Assembly: GCA_022573655.1 (NCBI GenBank) | Contig: JACZTO010000001.1 | Location: 30,169 to 94,168, forward strand | Source: Pseudomonadota bacterium | GTDB lineage: Bacteria > Pseudomonadota > Gammaproteobacteria > Steroidobacterales > Woeseiaceae | Length of the DNA stretch: 64,000 nt | Direction of reading: 5' to 3' | Shown here: positions 62,448 to 64,000 of the stretch, piece after piece | Layout: the number at the start of each line of letters is the position of its first letter | How positions within the stretch are numbered: the first letter of the stretch is position 1 | Notes under the pieces: generated by a model | What the model was told of the DNA's origin: nothing | What the model saw: the letters and a program-made list of their open reading frames with translations, nothing else | The model's database searches: none | Position numbers and translations under genes: made by a program

Positions 62448-63589
62448 CAGTTAGCGTCTTCGCTGCTAGCTGTCGACTCTTCAGCGACAACTTCATCGAC
62501 CCCGGATTCATCAGCCAGCTCTTCATCAAGCACTGGATCATCGTCGACGGGTCTGTTTATCACGTTGACCCTGGAGTCGCGTTTCAGCCCGACATGGCCC
62601 ACTGTAATGACGTTGTCGTCATCGCTCAATCCGTCTGTAATTTCTATCATGCCGTTGAAGCTGTAGCCCGTCTGCACATCCTTGCGTATTGCAATGCCCT
62701 CTTCCTCAACGAGCACACTGGTTGAGGTTGTGGTTGAGATGATTGCGCTGCGCGGTACCTGCAGAGCATTTTCGTGTCTGTCGAAGGTAATGGCTATGCG
62801 CCCGAACATGCCGGGTTTGATGTGGTGCTGGTCGTTGCCTATCTCAATCGTGATCTTGAACGTACCCGTCGCCGGATCGACGATGGGGCTTATACGAGTG
62901 ACGTTTGCCAGAATCGGATCGCTGTCAAGCGCGTCGATTCGAATGCCTGCTGGCTGACCCGCGGCGATTTGACGATACTCGCGCTCGGGAACATGAAGAT
63001 AAGCGACAAGAGGATCAAGACTGGTTACATGAAAAATCGGATCGCCTGTTTTGACTGTATTGCCGACCTTGATAAAGCGCTCTGACACAACGCCATCTAT
63101 CGGAGCACGTATCTGCGTGTAATCAAGCTCCAGGCTGGCGAGATTGTAGGCGGCCTGCAGAGCTTCCAGGTCGAACTTGATTCTCTCGAAGTCGCCTTCG
63201 CTGATGAGGCCCGTTTCCGTTAATTCCTGATTGCGTTCGAAATCACGCTGCATTTTTCTCAGTCTGGCTTGCGATTCATTTAACTCGAGACGTAATCGAT
63301 CGCCATCCAGTCGCGCGAGAACCTGATTCTTAACAACGGTGTCGCCTTCTTCGACGAGGATCTGTCGTACTTCGCCTTCGACTTTCGCGATGACGCTGGC
63401 CTCTGAATAGGCTTCGATAGGTGCAGTCCCGGTATAGGTCGCGTCAATATCGCCGCGAACCGGCAGTGTGGTTTCGACAGGAATAGGAGGTGCCTCGTCC
63501 TCCTCTTCTTCATCCTGATCACCCTGTTGACAAGCGCCCAAAAGAAAAACGCAGACGAGCGCAGTCGAGCCAATGCGATATAGCTTCAT
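62447..63589 (-). CDS. RND efflux periplasmic adaptor (membrane fusion protein), lipoprotein
   Basis: The start was chosen at MKLYRIGSTALVCVFLLGAC (lipobox). It has a coiled-coil hairpin (RLELNESQARLRKMQRDFERNQEL) and IRAPIDGVV. Confidence 0.85.
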   Translation of the reverse strand: MKLYRIGSTALVCVFLLGACQQGDQDEEEEDEAPPIPVETTLPVRGDIDATYTGTAPIEAYSEASVIAKVEGEVRQILVEEGDTVVKNQVLARLDGDRLRLELNESQARLRKMQRDFERNQELTETGLISEGDFERIKFDLEALQAAYNLASLELDYTQIRAPIDGVVSERFIKVGNTVKTGDPIFHVTSLDPLVAYLHVPEREYRQIAAGQPAGIRIDALDSDPILANVTRISPIVDPATGTFKITIEIGNDQHHIKPGMFGRIAITFDRHENALQVPRSAIISTTTSTSVLVEEEGIAIRKDVQTGYSFNGMIEITDGLSDDDNVITVGHVGLKRDSRVNVINRPVDDDPVLDEELADESGVDEVVAEESTASSEDAN

Positions 63590-63611
63590 TGATTTACCCC
63601 CAGTTTTTCGA

Positions 63612-64000
63612 TCAGCCGGAGAAGCTGTCCGGAATTTTATTGCTGGCCAAAACTTTGCTGCCGTCACGCAGGCTCGAATGGCCGACGACCACGATTTGAT
63701 CGTCGTCCCGCAAGCCACTCAGGATTTCGACTCTGCCTCCGCTTTCGATTCCCGTTTCTACCACCCGACGTACAACTTCGTTATTACTGACAACGTAAAC
63801 GGTTGTCTGATCATCTTCGTCGAGCAAAGCATGTGCCGGAATGACTAATGCATTCGCGTGCAATTCGTAGGCGATCGTGAAACGGCCAAACATGCCCGGT
63901 GCAAGTTCGCCCCGCGTATTGTCGATAACCACAGTGGCACGAAATGTACCATTGCGTACGTCGATTGTAGGGCTGATACGAGTGATCTTTGCCGGAAATT
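63612..64000 (-). CDS. second RND periplasmic adaptor, C-terminal part (5' end outside the window)
   Basis: ELAPGMFGRFTIAYELHANALVIPAHALL..TTVYVV..VETGIESGGRVEILSGL is paralogous to the C-terminal barrel region of the adjacent adaptor. Confidence 0.8.
   Translation of the reverse strand, partial: FPAKITRISPTIDVRNGTFRATVVIDNTRGELAPGMFGRFTIAYELHANALVIPAHALLDEDDQTTVYVVSNNEVVRRVVETGIESGGRVEILSGLRDDDQIVVVGHSSLRDGSKVLASNKIPDSFSG

Noticed and set aside
1-64000. Search for CRISPR arrays, transposases, integrases, phage genes, toxin-antitoxin pairs, reverse transcriptases, restriction-modification or other defence modules, and tRNA or rRNA genes.
   Set aside because: None recognised. The only tandem repeat lacks spacers, and no ORF shows DDE, tyrosine recombinase, RT, nuclease-methylase or small TA-pair signatures. 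No tRNA-like T-arm motifs were seen in intergenic regions.

Overview
This is a gene-dense 64-kb chromosomal segment, roughly mid-50s % GC by eye, with about 60 CDS on both strands. All calls come from reading the ORF translations and the DNA for motifs; no database search was possible.

The gene content looks gammaproteobacterial:
- a PspF/sigma-54 dependent psp operon
- ExeA/ExeB (GspA/GspB)
- a CTGT-N8-ACAG LexA box
- E. coli-type GshA, IlvA and FadE, plus DinB and YedK

I recognised no rRNA, tRNA, CRISPR array, transposase, integrase, phage gene or classical defence gene. The window therefore reads as core or metabolic chromosome rather than an accessory island. I cannot point to a clear-cut new 'system'.

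The items most worth a second look are:
1. A complete mevalonate-pathway island divergent from ispA: MVD, PMK, a single-ORF class II HMG-CoA reductase-mevalonate kinase fusion, IDI type 1, and a convergent long HMG-CoA synthase.
2. A perfect 25-bp inverted repeat that fills the whole idi/HMGS intergenic gap and contains both stop codons.
3. A Dak2(FakA-like)-DegV(FakB-like) single-polypeptide fusion.
4. A self-contained small secreted-protein gene (promoter, 13-bp-arm palindrome, terminator) next to a YtrA-type GntR regulator and ABC transporter.
5. A psp locus with two PspC-domain genes and pspB last.
6. A GltD-like flavoprotein/ferredoxin fusion in front of korAB.
7. An overlapping DUF2330 plus RnfD/NqrB-like gene pair.
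8. A 33-bp x3 tandem hairpin array, followed on the minus strand by a 26-codon ORF whose ribosome-binding region is a 14-nt perfect complement of the 16S rRNA 3' tail.
9. A locus with two adaptor and two RND pump genes.
10. Two translationally coupled membrane-anchored proteins with no recognisable domain.
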